Positions 27,062 through 38,701 of a DNA stretch of 64,000 bases are shown here, piece after piece. Origin of the DNA: an uncultured Elusimicrobia bacterium. Its GTDB lineage: Bacteria > Elusimicrobiota > Elusimicrobia > Elusimicrobiales > UBA9959. Under the pieces are notes generated by a model, which saw nothing but the letters and a program-made list of their open reading frames with translations, was not told the origin of the DNA and searched no databases. Both the position numbers and the translations under genes were made by a program. Each line of letters opens with the position of its first letter. Within the stretch, counting starts at the first letter, position 1. The stretch covers positions 72,227 to 136,226 of the forward strand of contig CAIXBR010000093.1 of the NCBI GenBank assembly GCA_903917735.1. Reading direction: 5' to 3'.

Positions 27062-27598
27062 CTAGTTCTTCCTTGCTTTCAAAGGCGGCATGGAGAGGCC
27101 CTGTATACCGTTGTCCCTTTTACTACCGTCAGTTTTTTCGTTCTTCACGCGGTAAAGCACCCCGGACAGGTTGCCGGACATACCGGAGAGGTTCACTTCG
27201 CAGCGCCTGAATTTATCCGAAAAAACAAGCGTGCCGCGCCCCATGGCCGAAGTGATCCTCAGGGTTTCCAGACCCGCCGGACAGGCTGAAGCGTCATATT
27301 CCACCTGCGGCTTGGCTAAAACTTTAACTTTTACCTTATAACAGGCGCCATCCCCGTTCAAGGCGCTGAATTCCCCGCTAAACCCGGCGCCTTTCCTGCC
27401 GGGCCCGGTAGCGGAATAAAAGCCCTTCAAGAACGCACTTTCCTTTTGAAGGAGGACCGAGACCTCGTACCTGACCCCCGAACTCAGAACCCGGCCGTTC
27501 CAGTCGCCCGCGGCATTCGCCAGCATGACCGGCTGCGCCGCGCGCGAACCAGCGGAAAAAAGGAACAGCAGTATTACTGTTAAAGCACTCTTGCCCAT
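27062..27598 (-). CDS. Hypothetical secreted protein
   Basis: 178 aa. Signal peptide MGKSALTVILLFLFSAGSRAAQP. No family recognised. Overlaps the upstream gene by 19 nt. Confidence 0.5.
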   Translation of the reverse strand: MGKSALTVILLFLFSAGSRAAQPVMLANAAGDWNGRVLSSGVRYEVSVLLQKESAFLKGFYSATGPGRKGAGFSGEFSALNGDGACYKVKVKVLAKPQVEYDASACPAGLETLRITSAMGRGTLVFSDKFRRCEVNLSGMSGNLSGVLYRVKNEKTDGSKRDNGIQGLSMPPLKARKN

Positions 27599-28779
27599 AT
27601 AGCCTTTAAATACTCGCCTTCAGGATAGTCCGCCGCCACGGGGTGGTCGGGGCCGGCGCCGGCCTTCTTGAATATCTGGAGCTTGCGCCCGGCATTGGAC
27701 GCGGCCCCGCGCAGGATGAAAGAGAATTCTTCCATGGAAACCATGCCGCTGCATGAGCAAGTGACGAAGATCCCCCCCGGCTCCACCAGCGAGAGGGCTA
27801 TGCGGTTGAAGTCGCGGTACTTGAAGATGCCCTTGTCACGCTCTTCGCGGTTGGACACCAGCTTGTACGGGTCCAGCACCACCAGGCCGTATTTCCTCTT
27901 AAGCTCCAGCATCTGGCGCATATAGGTGAAAGCGTCAGCGCAGACCGGGTCAATTTTTACCTTGTTGATATTGGCGTTGCGCTTGGACAGTTCGCTGGCT
28001 TCCGCATCCAGCTCCACGCAGGTCACGGCCGAGGCCCCCGCCTTGGCGCCGTAGATCCCGAAGCCGCCGGTATAGGCGCAAAGGTCCAACATCGTCCTCC
28101 CCGCGGCGAAGGACGAAGTGTAAAGGCGGTTGTCGCGCTGGTCGCAGAAGAAGCCGGTCTTATAGCCGGACTTCATATTTATCTCGAACTGCACGCCGTT
28201 CTCGGTGATGCGCGTTTTGCGGCCGGGCCCGTCCTCGGGCTTCAGGGTGAAGCCTTCCATGTCCTGGGTGTAGGCGGTGGCACGGTGGTGGAAGGAGGCC
28301 TCCGGGAAATGTTTTTTAAAGGCGGCCTCTATGTTGGGCCACAGCCTGTACATCCCCAGCGAATAGAACTCCAGGGCTATCTGGTCCTTGTAGATGTCCA
28401 CGGTAATGCCGGGCAGACCGTCGGCGAAATCGTGGATAAGGCGGTAGGCGTCGGTCGTCTGGGGCAGCTTCAGCACGTCGCGCCGGAAAGCCACCGCGCG
28501 GCCGACCCGCTCCTCCAGGAAATCGTCTATCTGGAACTCCTCGGGGTTCTGCCGCGTGAAGATGCGCAGGGTTATCTGGCTGCGCGGGTTATAGATAGCC
28601 ACGCCGTAGGGGTTGTTGTTCTTGTCGTAGACGGCCACCATCTGCCCGGGCTCGGCGCGGTCGCAGGTGTCTATCATCCTTTTGAAAGCGTTGGGGCCCG
28701 CCGGAGCGTGCGAGAGCTTGACCTTGGGGAGACCACCCGCGGTTGAGAATATTTTTTCAGCCATAGGTAAATTATACAC
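27580..28779 (-). CDS. Class I SAM-dependent rRNA methyltransferase (RlmI-like, PUA + MTase)
   Basis: 399 aa. SAM motif VLDLCAYTGGFG and the catalytic region FVTCSCS, typical of m5C rRNA methyltransferases. Confidence 0.75.
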   Translation of the reverse strand: MYNLPMAEKIFSTAGGLPKVKLSHAPAGPNAFKRMIDTCDRAEPGQMVAVYDKNNNPYGVAIYNPRSQITLRIFTRQNPEEFQIDDFLEERVGRAVAFRRDVLKLPQTTDAYRLIHDFADGLPGITVDIYKDQIALEFYSLGMYRLWPNIEAAFKKHFPEASFHHRATAYTQDMEGFTLKPEDGPGRKTRITENGVQFEINMKSGYKTGFFCDQRDNRLYTSSFAAGRTMLDLCAYTGGFGIYGAKAGASAVTCVELDAEASELSKRNANINKVKIDPVCADAFTYMRQMLELKRKYGLVVLDPYKLVSNREERDKGIFKYRDFNRIALSLVEPGGIFVTCSCSGMVSMEEFSFILRGAASNAGRKLQIFKKAGAGPDHPVAADYPEGEYLKAIWARVL

Positions 28780-28804
28780 CTTTGCTAAAGCCGGTTAGTC
28801 GCCT

Positions 28805-30172
28805 TTAGCCTTTCAAAATATCTATCTTGCGCCACAGCCCGGAGCGGAAGCGCAGCGTAAAGAATACCGCCAGCAGGAAAACGTAGAAGCCGCCCCAGGC
28901 CCAGGCGTGGATCAGCTCCCCGCCGGCGCGGTGCGTGATGTACCAGACGCCGGGAACAAAAAGCAGCCAGGCCGCGGCGCTGGCGCCAAGCATCTGGAAG
29001 CGCGTGTCCCCCGCGCCGCGCAGGACGTCGGCGAAGATCATGCCGATGGCGTCGAAGAACACGAAGAAGGCCAGCACGTTCATGACCGGCCGGCTTTTGG
29101 CCAGTATTCCGGCGTACTCCGCCGAGTTGCCGGAGCCGAAGATATTGATAAATAGCCCGGGGACCGCCACGAACAGAACGCCGAGGCTCAAGGCGTACAG
29201 CCCGGCCAGCTTGGCGGCATTGTAGGCCACCCGCACCGAAACGTCCGGCTTCTTCTTGCCGATGTACTTGCCTACCAGCGTAAGGGCCGCCAGCCCCAGT
29301 CCTATCACCGGCATGAAGGCTATCATGTTTATCGAGGCGATGATGTTGCTGGCGGCCAGGGAAACCTTGTCCAGGCCGCCGATGATGAAGATGAACGCCC
29401 CGAAGGAAGCGATGTCCAGGAAGAAGCCGATGCCGTTGGGCGCGCCGTACTTTATCAGCCTTAAGAACAGCCCCTTGTGTATACCGACCAGGCGGGCGGT
29501 GCGATACCGCCTGCGGTTATAAGGCGAAAAAATAATTACAAGATAAAGCGCCAGCATCAGCAGCTGCCCCGCCAAGGCGGCGTAACCGGCCCCGCTTATC
29601 CCCAAAGCCGGCAGCGGCCCGGCCCCGAAGATCAGCAGCCAGGACAGCAGTGTACAGAGAGCGTTGCCGGCGATATTGACGCCCATCGGCACTTTTGTCT
29701 TCCCGCGCCCGGTAAAAAAAGCCGAAAGCGCGGTGTTCGTTATAGCTATTACCCCGCCCGCGTTCAGTATGAAGAAATACTGTTTTTCCAGCACGATCAC
29801 CGCGGCGGGATGACCTGAATGGGCGATTATATAGAAACCCAGGGGCGAGAGGACCAGCAGTATTATCCCGGAAGTCAGGCCAAGCCAGACTCCCTGCCAT
29901 ACGGCCACCGACACGCTGGCGGTCTTGCCCTTGCCGTGGTACCTGGAAACGAAGGCGTTGGTATAGCTGGCCGTGCCTATAAAAAAACAGCCGAAGACAA
30001 AGGCCAGCAGTCCGCCGGGCACGCAGGCCGCCAGCGCGTCCGGGCTGTAATGGGCCAGGAACACCCGGTTAATGAACTGCATTACGGTATTGGAAGCGGT
30101 GGAAAGTATCAGCGGGTAAGCTACGGTCAGAAGTTCGCCCGCGCCGCCTTCGCCTCTTGTGAAAAATTTCAT
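28805..30172 (-). CDS. MATE family efflux transporter
   Basis: 455 aa, 12 TM helices. N-terminus LLTVAYPLILSTASNTVMQFINRVFLAHYS. Confidence 0.85.
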   Translation of the reverse strand: MKFFTRGEGGAGELLTVAYPLILSTASNTVMQFINRVFLAHYSPDALAACVPGGLLAFVFGCFFIGTASYTNAFVSRYHGKGKTASVSVAVWQGVWLGLTSGIILLVLSPLGFYIIAHSGHPAAVIVLEKQYFFILNAGGVIAITNTALSAFFTGRGKTKVPMGVNIAGNALCTLLSWLLIFGAGPLPALGISGAGYAALAGQLLMLALYLVIIFSPYNRRRYRTARLVGIHKGLFLRLIKYGAPNGIGFFLDIASFGAFIFIIGGLDKVSLAASNIIASINMIAFMPVIGLGLAALTLVGKYIGKKKPDVSVRVAYNAAKLAGLYALSLGVLFVAVPGLFINIFGSGNSAEYAGILAKSRPVMNVLAFFVFFDAIGMIFADVLRGAGDTRFQMLGASAAAWLLFVPGVWYITHRAGGELIHAWAWGGFYVFLLAVFFTLRFRSGLWRKIDILKG

Positions 30173-30190
30173 ATTAGCGGGCCGCCAGCG

Positions 30191-30478
30191 TCAGATCCTT
30201 TCGATCACATACGGCGCAGCCATCAGGGCCGCGCCCAGCAGCACGATATAGAAAGCGTTGGAGACGAAGTAGGGATAGAGCATCATGGCTATGCCGCAGC
30301 TTAGCTTAACCATATCGCTTTGTTCACGGCCGCGTTTATAGTAGAAATAGCCTATGCCGGAAAACACCAGGGAGGCCATTATCCCCCACATGCTCAAGCC
30401 CATCAGCAGGGATTTGCCGCCGGAAGAACCCAGGCCGGTAAGACTGGAGGAGGCTCCCGCAAGATCAGCGTTTTCCAT
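30191..30478 (-). CDS. Small membrane protein, unknown function
   Basis: 95 aa with 3 hydrophobic helices. Codon usage is consistent with its neighbours. Confidence 0.45.
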   Translation of the reverse strand: MENADLAGASSSLTGLGSSGGKSLLMGLSMWGIMASLVFSGIGYFYYKRGREQSDMVKLSCGIAMMLYPYFVSNAFYIVLLGAALMAAPYVIERI

Positions 30479-30514
30479 TATTCGGACCTGCTCCTTAAGA
30501 TGCGCACTAACGGT

Positions 30515-31834
30515 CTACCTGGCCGGCGCAAGCCCGGTAAGTTCCATGGCCCTGAGCGGCTCGGGATTGGACATGAACCACCGCCACACCGCGCCAGAGC
30601 GCAGGTTCTCGGCGCTCAGCAGCGTTATCCCGGCGTCTATGCCCAGAGTATTAGCGTCATACCAGCCCGAGACCGGGTTAAAAGCGTCCACAAACCCGTA
30701 ATGTTTCCAGATCTTTGCGCCCCAGCGCGCCTGCATCGCCTGAAGGGCCGGCAGGGCCAGGCCGGGGGTGAACATCAGCGAACCGCCGGCGGCGCAGGGC
30801 ACCACCGTGCCGTCTATGTCCGGAGTGGCGGGCGGGCCGCCCCAGGCGTGGTAGCCCTCCTTGCCGTCGGAAGCCGTTATCCCCCAGACCTGCGGAGTAT
30901 AGGAGGGAAAGCGGGAGGATATGTCCACGCAGAACTGCTTATGGGCCGCCGTCGCCACGGCCGAGTTGAGGAACATATCCTCCCCCGGGGCTGCGCTGTC
31001 GCGGACATGACGGAGGTCCAGCCAGGCCTGCGGATACTGGTGAACAAAAAGAGGCGCGGCGGCCCCGACATAAGTGTAACCGGAGTACGAGCGGACCTCG
31101 CGCTTCCAGGCTTTCCAGGTCTCGGGCGGCGCGGCGTTGCGCGGAGCCCCTATGGCAAGCAGCGTAAGGAACAGATGCTCGCTGTAGGTATCCCAGTTTC
31201 CGGCCAGGAAGCCGCTCTCTGGGTACCAGCCGTGGGAAAGCGTATTGCCGCCGTTGAGCATCCATTTGAAATCGATGCGCGCGTAGAACGCGTCAGCCAG
31301 CGAAACCAGCGCCGCGTCGTCCTGGAAACAGCCCTTCGCCGTCAGCACGCCGGCCAGCAGCAAGCCGGTGTCTATGGAGGAGACCTCGCTGTTCCAGACG
31401 CGGTTCCCGGCTTGGTCGGTAAAATGGTACAGCCATCCGTGCACCGAGGTGGAGCGTTCCACCAGGAACTGCAGCGTCCTGCGGGCCCTGCTCTCGGCTT
31501 CGGGCCTGGAGAGCCAGCCGTTCTCCGCGCCGACGCAGAGCGCGCTCAGACCGAAGCCTGTGGCGGCTATGCTGGCCACATCCGCGCTGCCCGCCCCTGA
31601 ACCGTCCGCGGGGGACCTGTCTTTCACCAGGCCGGTGCGGGTATCGGTGTTCTCCGCGAAGTAGAGGAAACTCCGCCGTTCCAGCTCCAGAAGGAACTTG
31701 TCGTCGGAGTAGTTCTCCCCCCCGCCAGGATAGACGCAGTCCGCCGCGGCCTGGCCGAAGGAGGCGGCGCAAGGCGCCCCGGCGGAGGCCAGGGACGGCA
31801 GAAATAACAACAACGCGAAACTAAGGAATCGCAT
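30515..31834 (-). CDS. Glucoamylase-family protein (PF10091/GH144-like, candidate beta-1,2-glucanase)
   Basis: Start set at MRFLSFALLLFLPSLASAGA (signal peptide). (alpha/alpha)6-type pattern ...ASIAATGFGLSAL...WLYHF...SIDTGLLLAG. Adjacent to a GH3 gene. Family assignment is from memory. Confidence 0.5.
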   Translation of the reverse strand: MRFLSFALLLFLPSLASAGAPCAASFGQAAADCVYPGGGENYSDDKFLLELERRSFLYFAENTDTRTGLVKDRSPADGSGAGSADVASIAATGFGLSALCVGAENGWLSRPEAESRARRTLQFLVERSTSVHGWLYHFTDQAGNRVWNSEVSSIDTGLLLAGVLTAKGCFQDDAALVSLADAFYARIDFKWMLNGGNTLSHGWYPESGFLAGNWDTYSEHLFLTLLAIGAPRNAAPPETWKAWKREVRSYSGYTYVGAAAPLFVHQYPQAWLDLRHVRDSAAPGEDMFLNSAVATAAHKQFCVDISSRFPSYTPQVWGITASDGKEGYHAWGGPPATPDIDGTVVPCAAGGSLMFTPGLALPALQAMQARWGAKIWKHYGFVDAFNPVSGWYDANTLGIDAGITLLSAENLRSGAVWRWFMSNPEPLRAMELTGLAPAR

Positions 31835-34025
31835 AGAACCTGCCTTCAAGCCCGCCCTCGGAACTGGTGCCCAGCCAAAGAGTGAACTCACCCGGCTCAA
31901 CCCGGTACTTCATATCCGTACCATGAAAGCCCAGCGCCGGGAGCGGCACTTCCAGAGAAACTCTCTGCGAAGCGCCCGGCTCCAGCGTAACGCGTTTGAA
32001 AGCCTTCAGTTCCCTCACTGGTCTGGTCACGCCAGCGGACAGCTGCCTGACATAGAGCTGTACCACTTCGTCCGCCCTGACCGCGCCTTTATTCGAGAGC
32101 AGCGCTGAAGCCTCTATCTTCCCGGAAACCGTCACCGTGCTGCGAGACAGCTCCAGGCCGGTGAGGGTAAAGGAGGAATAGGTCAGCCCGTAGCCGAAAG
32201 GATAGAGCGGCGAATTCGGCAGATCTATGTATCTCGAGGCGTAGCGGTTCTCCGGATTGGCCGGGTCCACCGGGCGCCCGCCGTTCTTATGGTTGTAGTA
32301 GACCGGTATCTGACCCACGGAACGCGGCCAGCTGACCGGCAGTTTCCCGCCGGGAGAAACGTCGCCGAACACCGCCGCTCCGGCCGCTTTCCCGGCCATG
32401 GTGCCGGGGAACCACAGTTGCAGCAGGGCGCCTGCGTTCGCGTCGGCCCAATTCATATCCAGCGGGCGGCCGCTCATTAGCAGCACGGCCAGGGGCTTGC
32501 CGGAAGCGGCCAGGGCCCTCAGAAGTTCCTGCTGCCTGCCGCTAAGGGAGAGGTCCGCGCGGGAAGCGGCTTCGCCGTTCATATAAGAGGGATCCTCTCC
32601 TACCACGGCTATCACCAGGTCGGCGCCTGCGGCGGCGGAGGCGGCCGCGGAGATGTCGTCGGATAGGTCCGCTTTAGGACCCGCCCCGCGCACGTAATCG
32701 ATCATGATGCCTTTCTCGGCGGCGCGCGCCGAAAGCCCTTCCAGTATGCTTACGGCGTCGGACGCGGAACCGTCGCCGGACCAGGGGCCAAGCGCGGCGG
32801 CCTTGTCGCCGGCCAGAGCGCCCGCTACCAGTATCCTTTTCACCGTACGCCCAACCGGCAGCGTACCGCGTTCGTTCTTGAGCAGCACGAAGGACCTTTC
32901 CGCCAGCAGCCGGGAGAGGTCCAGAAATTCGGGTTTCAGCAGCACGTCCTTTTCTCCGCCGGCCGGGGTAAAGGGATCTTCAAAAAGACCGGCGCGCAAT
33001 TTGATGCGCAGCACGCGCCGCACGGCTTCATCCAACTGCGCGGGGGCGATAAGCCCTTTGGCAAGCAGGGCGGCCGCGTTCCCGGCGTAAAGGCGGCTGA
33101 CCATCTCCATGTCCACACCGGCCGCTATGGCAGCCCGAGCGGCCCCCGCCCCGTCGGCGGCGATGCCATGGTTGATCAGCTCGGCCACGGAAGTGTAGTC
33201 GCTCACCACAAATCCGTCAAAGCCCCACTCCCCCTTGAGGACGTCGCGTATCAGCCAGCTGTTGGCTGTGCCGGGTGTCCCGTTCAGGTCGGCGAAGGCG
33301 CTCATGAAGGTGGCGGCCCCCGCTTCGGCGGCGGTCTTAAAAGGCGGAAAATAGACATCGCGCAGCGTGCGCTCGGAAACCTCTGCGGTATTATAATCCC
33401 TACCGGCTTCCGCGGCGCCGTAAGCGGCCCAATGCTTGGCGCAGGCGGCGATCCTGCTGCCGCGGGAATAATCCCCGCCCTGGTAGCCGCGCACCTGGGC
33501 GGCGGCCATGACGGAACCGAGATATGGGTCTTCCCCCGCACCTTCCACTATGCGCCCCCAGCGGGGATCCCGCGCTATGTCCACCATCGGAGAGAAAGTC
33601 CAGCGTACACCGCAGGCCCGCGACTCGGCGGCCGCGGCCGCGGCCGCGCGCTCTACCAGGCCCGGATCGAAAGAGGCGGCCCCGCCGAGAGGCACCGGGA
33701 AGATAGTTCTGTAGCCGTGTATAACGTCGAAACCGAAAAGCAGGGGGATATGCAGGCGGGAGTCCATGGCCGCCTGCTGAAGTTTATTGGTTTCAGTGGA
33801 ACCCCTGACGTTCAGGGTGGACCCGAGCAGGCCACCGCGGGCAAGACCGTAATGTTCGCTGCGCGCATGCCCGTCGGCCTCGCCGTCCAACTGCTGGAGC
33901 TGGCCCAGTTTTTCCTGCGGCGTCATGCGTGCTATGAGGCCGTCTATAAACTTCTCCTGGTCTACGGAAGCGGAAGCGGTCCCGCCCGCGCAGAGAAAAA
34001 GCACCGCTAGCAGTATTTTTGTCAC
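31821..34025 (-). CDS. Glycoside hydrolase family 3 beta-glucosidase (BglX-like)
   Basis: 734 aa. Signal peptide, GFDVIHG, KHW/GYG region, GFVVSDY nucleophile motif, C-terminal Fn3-like domain. Confidence 0.88.
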   Translation of the reverse strand: MTKILLAVLFLCAGGTASASVDQEKFIDGLIARMTPQEKLGQLQQLDGEADGHARSEHYGLARGGLLGSTLNVRGSTETNKLQQAAMDSRLHIPLLFGFDVIHGYRTIFPVPLGGAASFDPGLVERAAAAAAAESRACGVRWTFSPMVDIARDPRWGRIVEGAGEDPYLGSVMAAAQVRGYQGGDYSRGSRIAACAKHWAAYGAAEAGRDYNTAEVSERTLRDVYFPPFKTAAEAGAATFMSAFADLNGTPGTANSWLIRDVLKGEWGFDGFVVSDYTSVAELINHGIAADGAGAARAAIAAGVDMEMVSRLYAGNAAALLAKGLIAPAQLDEAVRRVLRIKLRAGLFEDPFTPAGGEKDVLLKPEFLDLSRLLAERSFVLLKNERGTLPVGRTVKRILVAGALAGDKAAALGPWSGDGSASDAVSILEGLSARAAEKGIMIDYVRGAGPKADLSDDISAAASAAAGADLVIAVVGEDPSYMNGEAASRADLSLSGRQQELLRALAASGKPLAVLLMSGRPLDMNWADANAGALLQLWFPGTMAGKAAGAAVFGDVSPGGKLPVSWPRSVGQIPVYYNHKNGGRPVDPANPENRYASRYIDLPNSPLYPFGYGLTYSSFTLTGLELSRSTVTVSGKIEASALLSNKGAVRADEVVQLYVRQLSAGVTRPVRELKAFKRVTLEPGASQRVSLEVPLPALGFHGTDMKYRVEPGEFTLWLGTSSEGGLEGRFYAIP

Positions 34026-34093
34026 AAATACCTCCCGTGCGTATTAGCCGCGAACCCCGTACGCGGCTGCGCCCCCGGCGTGCCCGCCGGCGG

Positions 34094-35932
<1,839 letters not shown>

Positions 35933-36002
35933 GTAGTGAGTTCTCCTTAACAGATCCGAAAAACTAAAATTAAGAACCGCGAGATGCCCAGTCGGGCGAT
36001 GT

Positions 36003-36278
36003 CCGGGGTGCTACCCTGCTCACCCGGGCCGAGGAAACCGTTGCGTCGGTTTCCCCCCGCCTTGGGAATTTATGGCGGGGCCCCCTTTCCGCAACGGGTG
36101 CTCAGGGTAGCACCCCGGCCATCCCCCTCCATTAACCAGCCGCATTAGGCCTGACGAGGGTATGGTCCCGGCGGGCCCTAACGGAAGGCGAGGCTTGCGT
36201 AAGCGCCGAGCCTGAGTGGGGAGCGCGGCCACGGTGTGGCCGACGCGGTGCCCGCCGGGCCCATACCCTCGCCAGGCC
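36003..36278. repeat. Two adjacent long inverted-repeat structures in the ABC-F/typA intergenic region
   Basis: Element 1: 16-bp perfect arms CCGGGGTGCTACCCTG (36003..36018) / CAGGGTAGCACCCCGG (36103..36118), plus an inner CACCCG/CGGGTG pair and two internal hairpins. Element 2: 29-nt arms 36148..36176 / 36250..36278 (27/29 paired) around a 73-nt interior with further hairpins. No credible ORF. Confidence 0.7.
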
Positions 36279-36284
36279 GGCAAA

Positions 36285-38102
36285 CTACTGTGCAGTCACT
36301 TCGCCGGCCGCTTCCAGCGCTTTCAGCTCTTCGGTGTGGACGGCTATTTTGGCTTCCATGGCGGCTATTTTGTCGCCGAGCTCTTTTACCTGCTTATAAT
36401 CGGAATGGATCTCGGGAGCCGACATTTTGGCGGCCAGGGACTCTACCGTTTTGCGGGAGTAGGCTATCTCTTTTTTGAGCGTCTCGGCGCGGCGCGTCTT
36501 TTTGCGGCTTTCGGCTTCCTGGCGCTTTTTCTCTTCCCAGTCGGCATTATCGGCCCTAGGCGCTTCTTTCGGCGCTTCTTTCTTCCTGGAGGCCGCGGCT
36601 TCCTGGTGCATCTGGTCCTGGCGGTAGCTGAAATAGTCGTAGTTGCCGGGATAGACGGTGGTCTTGCCCTGCTCTATATACACCACGGAGTCGGCCAGGG
36701 CGTTTATAAAATAGATGTCATGGCTGATGAAACAGAGCGTGCCTTCGAAATCTTTCAGGGCGGCTATCAGGGCGTCCACGCTGGCCATATCCAGGTGGGT
36801 GGTGGGCTCGTCCATCAGGATCACGTTGGGCGGGTCCATCAGGAGTTTCACCAGCATCAGGCGGCTCTTTTCTCCGCCGGAGAGCACCTCGGTCTTCTTG
36901 TAGACGTTGTCGCCTGGGAACAGAAAAGTGCCCAGCACGGTCCTGACCGCCAGCTCCGGGTTCATCCGGTCGTTGTCCATGGCTTCCTGCAGTACGGTCT
37001 TGCGCGGGTCCAGTATGCCCTCTCGGTGCTGCGAGAAATAGCCGGTCTTCACGTTCAGGCCCAGCACGCGCTCGCCGGAGTCAGGCTCTATCACGCCGGC
37101 CAGCATTTTTAAAAGCGTGGACTTGCCCGCGCCGTTATGGCCGAGGAAGGCCATCTTCTGGCCGCGCTGCAGCTCGAAATTAAAATTCTCGTAAACGCGG
37201 ATGGGCTCGTGGCCGGGAACATTATAGACCTTGCTGATGTCCTTCAACTCCAGCACCTTGGTGCCGGTGCGGCCGGGCTGGGGAAAGCGCATCTTAACGG
37301 TCTTGGTTTCCGCGATGAGCTCTATGCGCTCGAGTTTTTCAAGGCGCTTTATCATGCTCTGCACGCGCGACGCCGTAGAGACGCGGGCGCGGTTGCGGGC
37401 GATGAAATCTTCCATCTGGGCTATATCTTCCTGCTGCAGGCGCCAGGCCGAGTAGGTCTTTTCCTTTTCCGCCTGCCGCTGGGCCTGGAAATTCTCGTAG
37501 TCGCCGTGGTAGACGCGCAGGGTCTTATCCTGCAGCGAAACAATGGCGTTGCAGATCTTATTTATGAAGTCGCGGTCATGCGAGATGACAAAGATGGCGC
37601 CCTGGTAGCGGCCCAGGTATTCCTCCAGCCAGATGAGGGAGTCCAGGTCCAGGTGGTTGGTGGGTTCGTCCAGCAGCAGCAGGTCGGGCTTCTTAAGCAG
37701 CAGTTTCCCCATGGCCACGCGCATGGCCCAGCCGCCGCTGAGCGTGTTGACCTTGCGGGTAAAATCGGTGACCTTGAAACCGAGCCCCATCAGGATGGAC
37801 TTGCCTTCGGCCTCGATGCGGCCGTCGTAGTCTTCCACGCCGTCCAGAGTTTCCTCTATCACCGAGCGCTCGGAGACAGGCGGGTTCTCCTGCGGCAGGT
37901 AGCCCACCACTACGCCCTTCTTGAACTGGATCTCGCCGTAATCCGCTTCCTCGGCGCGCAGCATCATCTTGAAAAGGGTGGACTTGCCGGCGCCGTTGGG
38001 GCCGACCAGCGCGAAGCGCTCGCCCTCGTTTATCTGCAGCGAAGCGTCCTCGAAAAGGACCTGGTTACCAAATGATTTATTTACGTTCCTGAGGGTTATC
38101 AT
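36285..38102 (-). CDS. ABC-F family ATPase (translation factor type)
   Basis: Start moved to MITLRNVNKSF (38102). Two NBDs (GPNGAGKST / GHNGAGKST, LSGG x2), inter-domain linker, and a Lys/Glu-rich coiled-coil C-terminus. Confidence 0.88.
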   Translation of the reverse strand: MITLRNVNKSFGNQVLFEDASLQINEGERFALVGPNGAGKSTLFKMMLRAEEADYGEIQFKKGVVVGYLPQENPPVSERSVIEETLDGVEDYDGRIEAEGKSILMGLGFKVTDFTRKVNTLSGGWAMRVAMGKLLLKKPDLLLLDEPTNHLDLDSLIWLEEYLGRYQGAIFVISHDRDFINKICNAIVSLQDKTLRVYHGDYENFQAQRQAEKEKTYSAWRLQQEDIAQMEDFIARNRARVSTASRVQSMIKRLEKLERIELIAETKTVKMRFPQPGRTGTKVLELKDISKVYNVPGHEPIRVYENFNFELQRGQKMAFLGHNGAGKSTLLKMLAGVIEPDSGERVLGLNVKTGYFSQHREGILDPRKTVLQEAMDNDRMNPELAVRTVLGTFLFPGDNVYKKTEVLSGGEKSRLMLVKLLMDPPNVILMDEPTTHLDMASVDALIAALKDFEGTLCFISHDIYFINALADSVVYIEQGKTTVYPGNYDYFSYRQDQMHQEAAASRKKEAPKEAPRADNADWEEKKRQEAESRKKTRRAETLKKEIAYSRKTVESLAAKMSAPEIHSDYKQVKELGDKIAAMEAKIAVHTEELKALEAAGEVTAQ

Positions 38103-38431
38103 AGAAGCACGGCCCGCCTTACGGGGTTTTTTAGCAGTGAAATTTGCCGGGAACTGACAGGGTCGGAAAGTTTCGAACGAAACTTTCCCCTCGCATAGCG
38201 AGGGCGCCTGCGGCGCGGCATACGCCCTCTCGGGCCTGACGCGCATAGCGCTTGGCCCTCGCCCCGCTATTGCGGGGAATCCTGCCGGATTAGGGCTAAC
38301 TGCGGGATCAAGCTGCCGGATCTGCCTACGCCTTTATTTTACCATTTTGCCCCCCCTAACTAAAAGCCCGAAGCGCTCTTTTTACTTTAAAGTATAAAAA
38401 ATATACACTAACCCGATAGTCTGGAGGCACC

Positions 38432-38701
38432 ATGTCACAAACCATTATAAATATCGGCTGGGCTTTGGTTTTCTCGTTAGTAGGCGGGACGGCCGGGGCG
38501 CTCCTGCTGATTTGGCTCTCTTCGCACATCCCGGCTATCTTCGATAAAATGACGCCGGACATAAACGAGGGCAAGGAAATAATACGCGGCAACCGGGCGG
38601 TAGCGGATTATTTCGGTCGGATAGTTTCAGCCGCCATACTGGGCGTCAGCATAATAATAGCGGCCGCTGTCCTTGGCGGCCTTATAGCGGCCCTCCACTG
38701 A
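38432..38701 (+). CDS. DUF350 (YjfL-like) small membrane protein
   Basis: 89 aa, 3 TM helices. The central EGKEIIRGNRAVADYFGG-type segment is characteristic of DUF350. GGAGG SD. The stop overlaps the next ATG (TGATG). Confidence 0.65.
   Translation: MSQTIINIGWALVFSLVGGTAGALLLIWLSSHIPAIFDKMTPDINEGKEIIRGNRAVADYFGRIVSAAILGVSIIIAAAVLGGLIAALH

Noticed and set aside
35990-36284. Known housekeeping ncRNA (SRP RNA, RNase P RNA, tmRNA, 6S, cobalamin or other riboswitch) in the ABC-F/typA gap.
   Set aside because: I found only loose resemblances: ACGGAAGGCGAGGC versus the SRP CCGGAAGGAAGCAGC, and GAGGAAACCG versus the RNase P GAGGAAAGUCC. The conserved cores, the tag ORF/ACCA end and the B12 box are all absent. 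It is reported only as an unclassified structured region.
38103-38431. Leader-peptide/attenuator of an antibiotic-resistance-type ABC-F gene, suggested by the hairpin GGAAAGTTTC-gaac-GAAACTTTCC at 38165..38188.
   Set aside because: No short leader ORF with an SD was found. The ABC-F protein looks like a housekeeping Uup/YheS-type with a long charged C-terminal tail, and the hairpin alone is insufficient.
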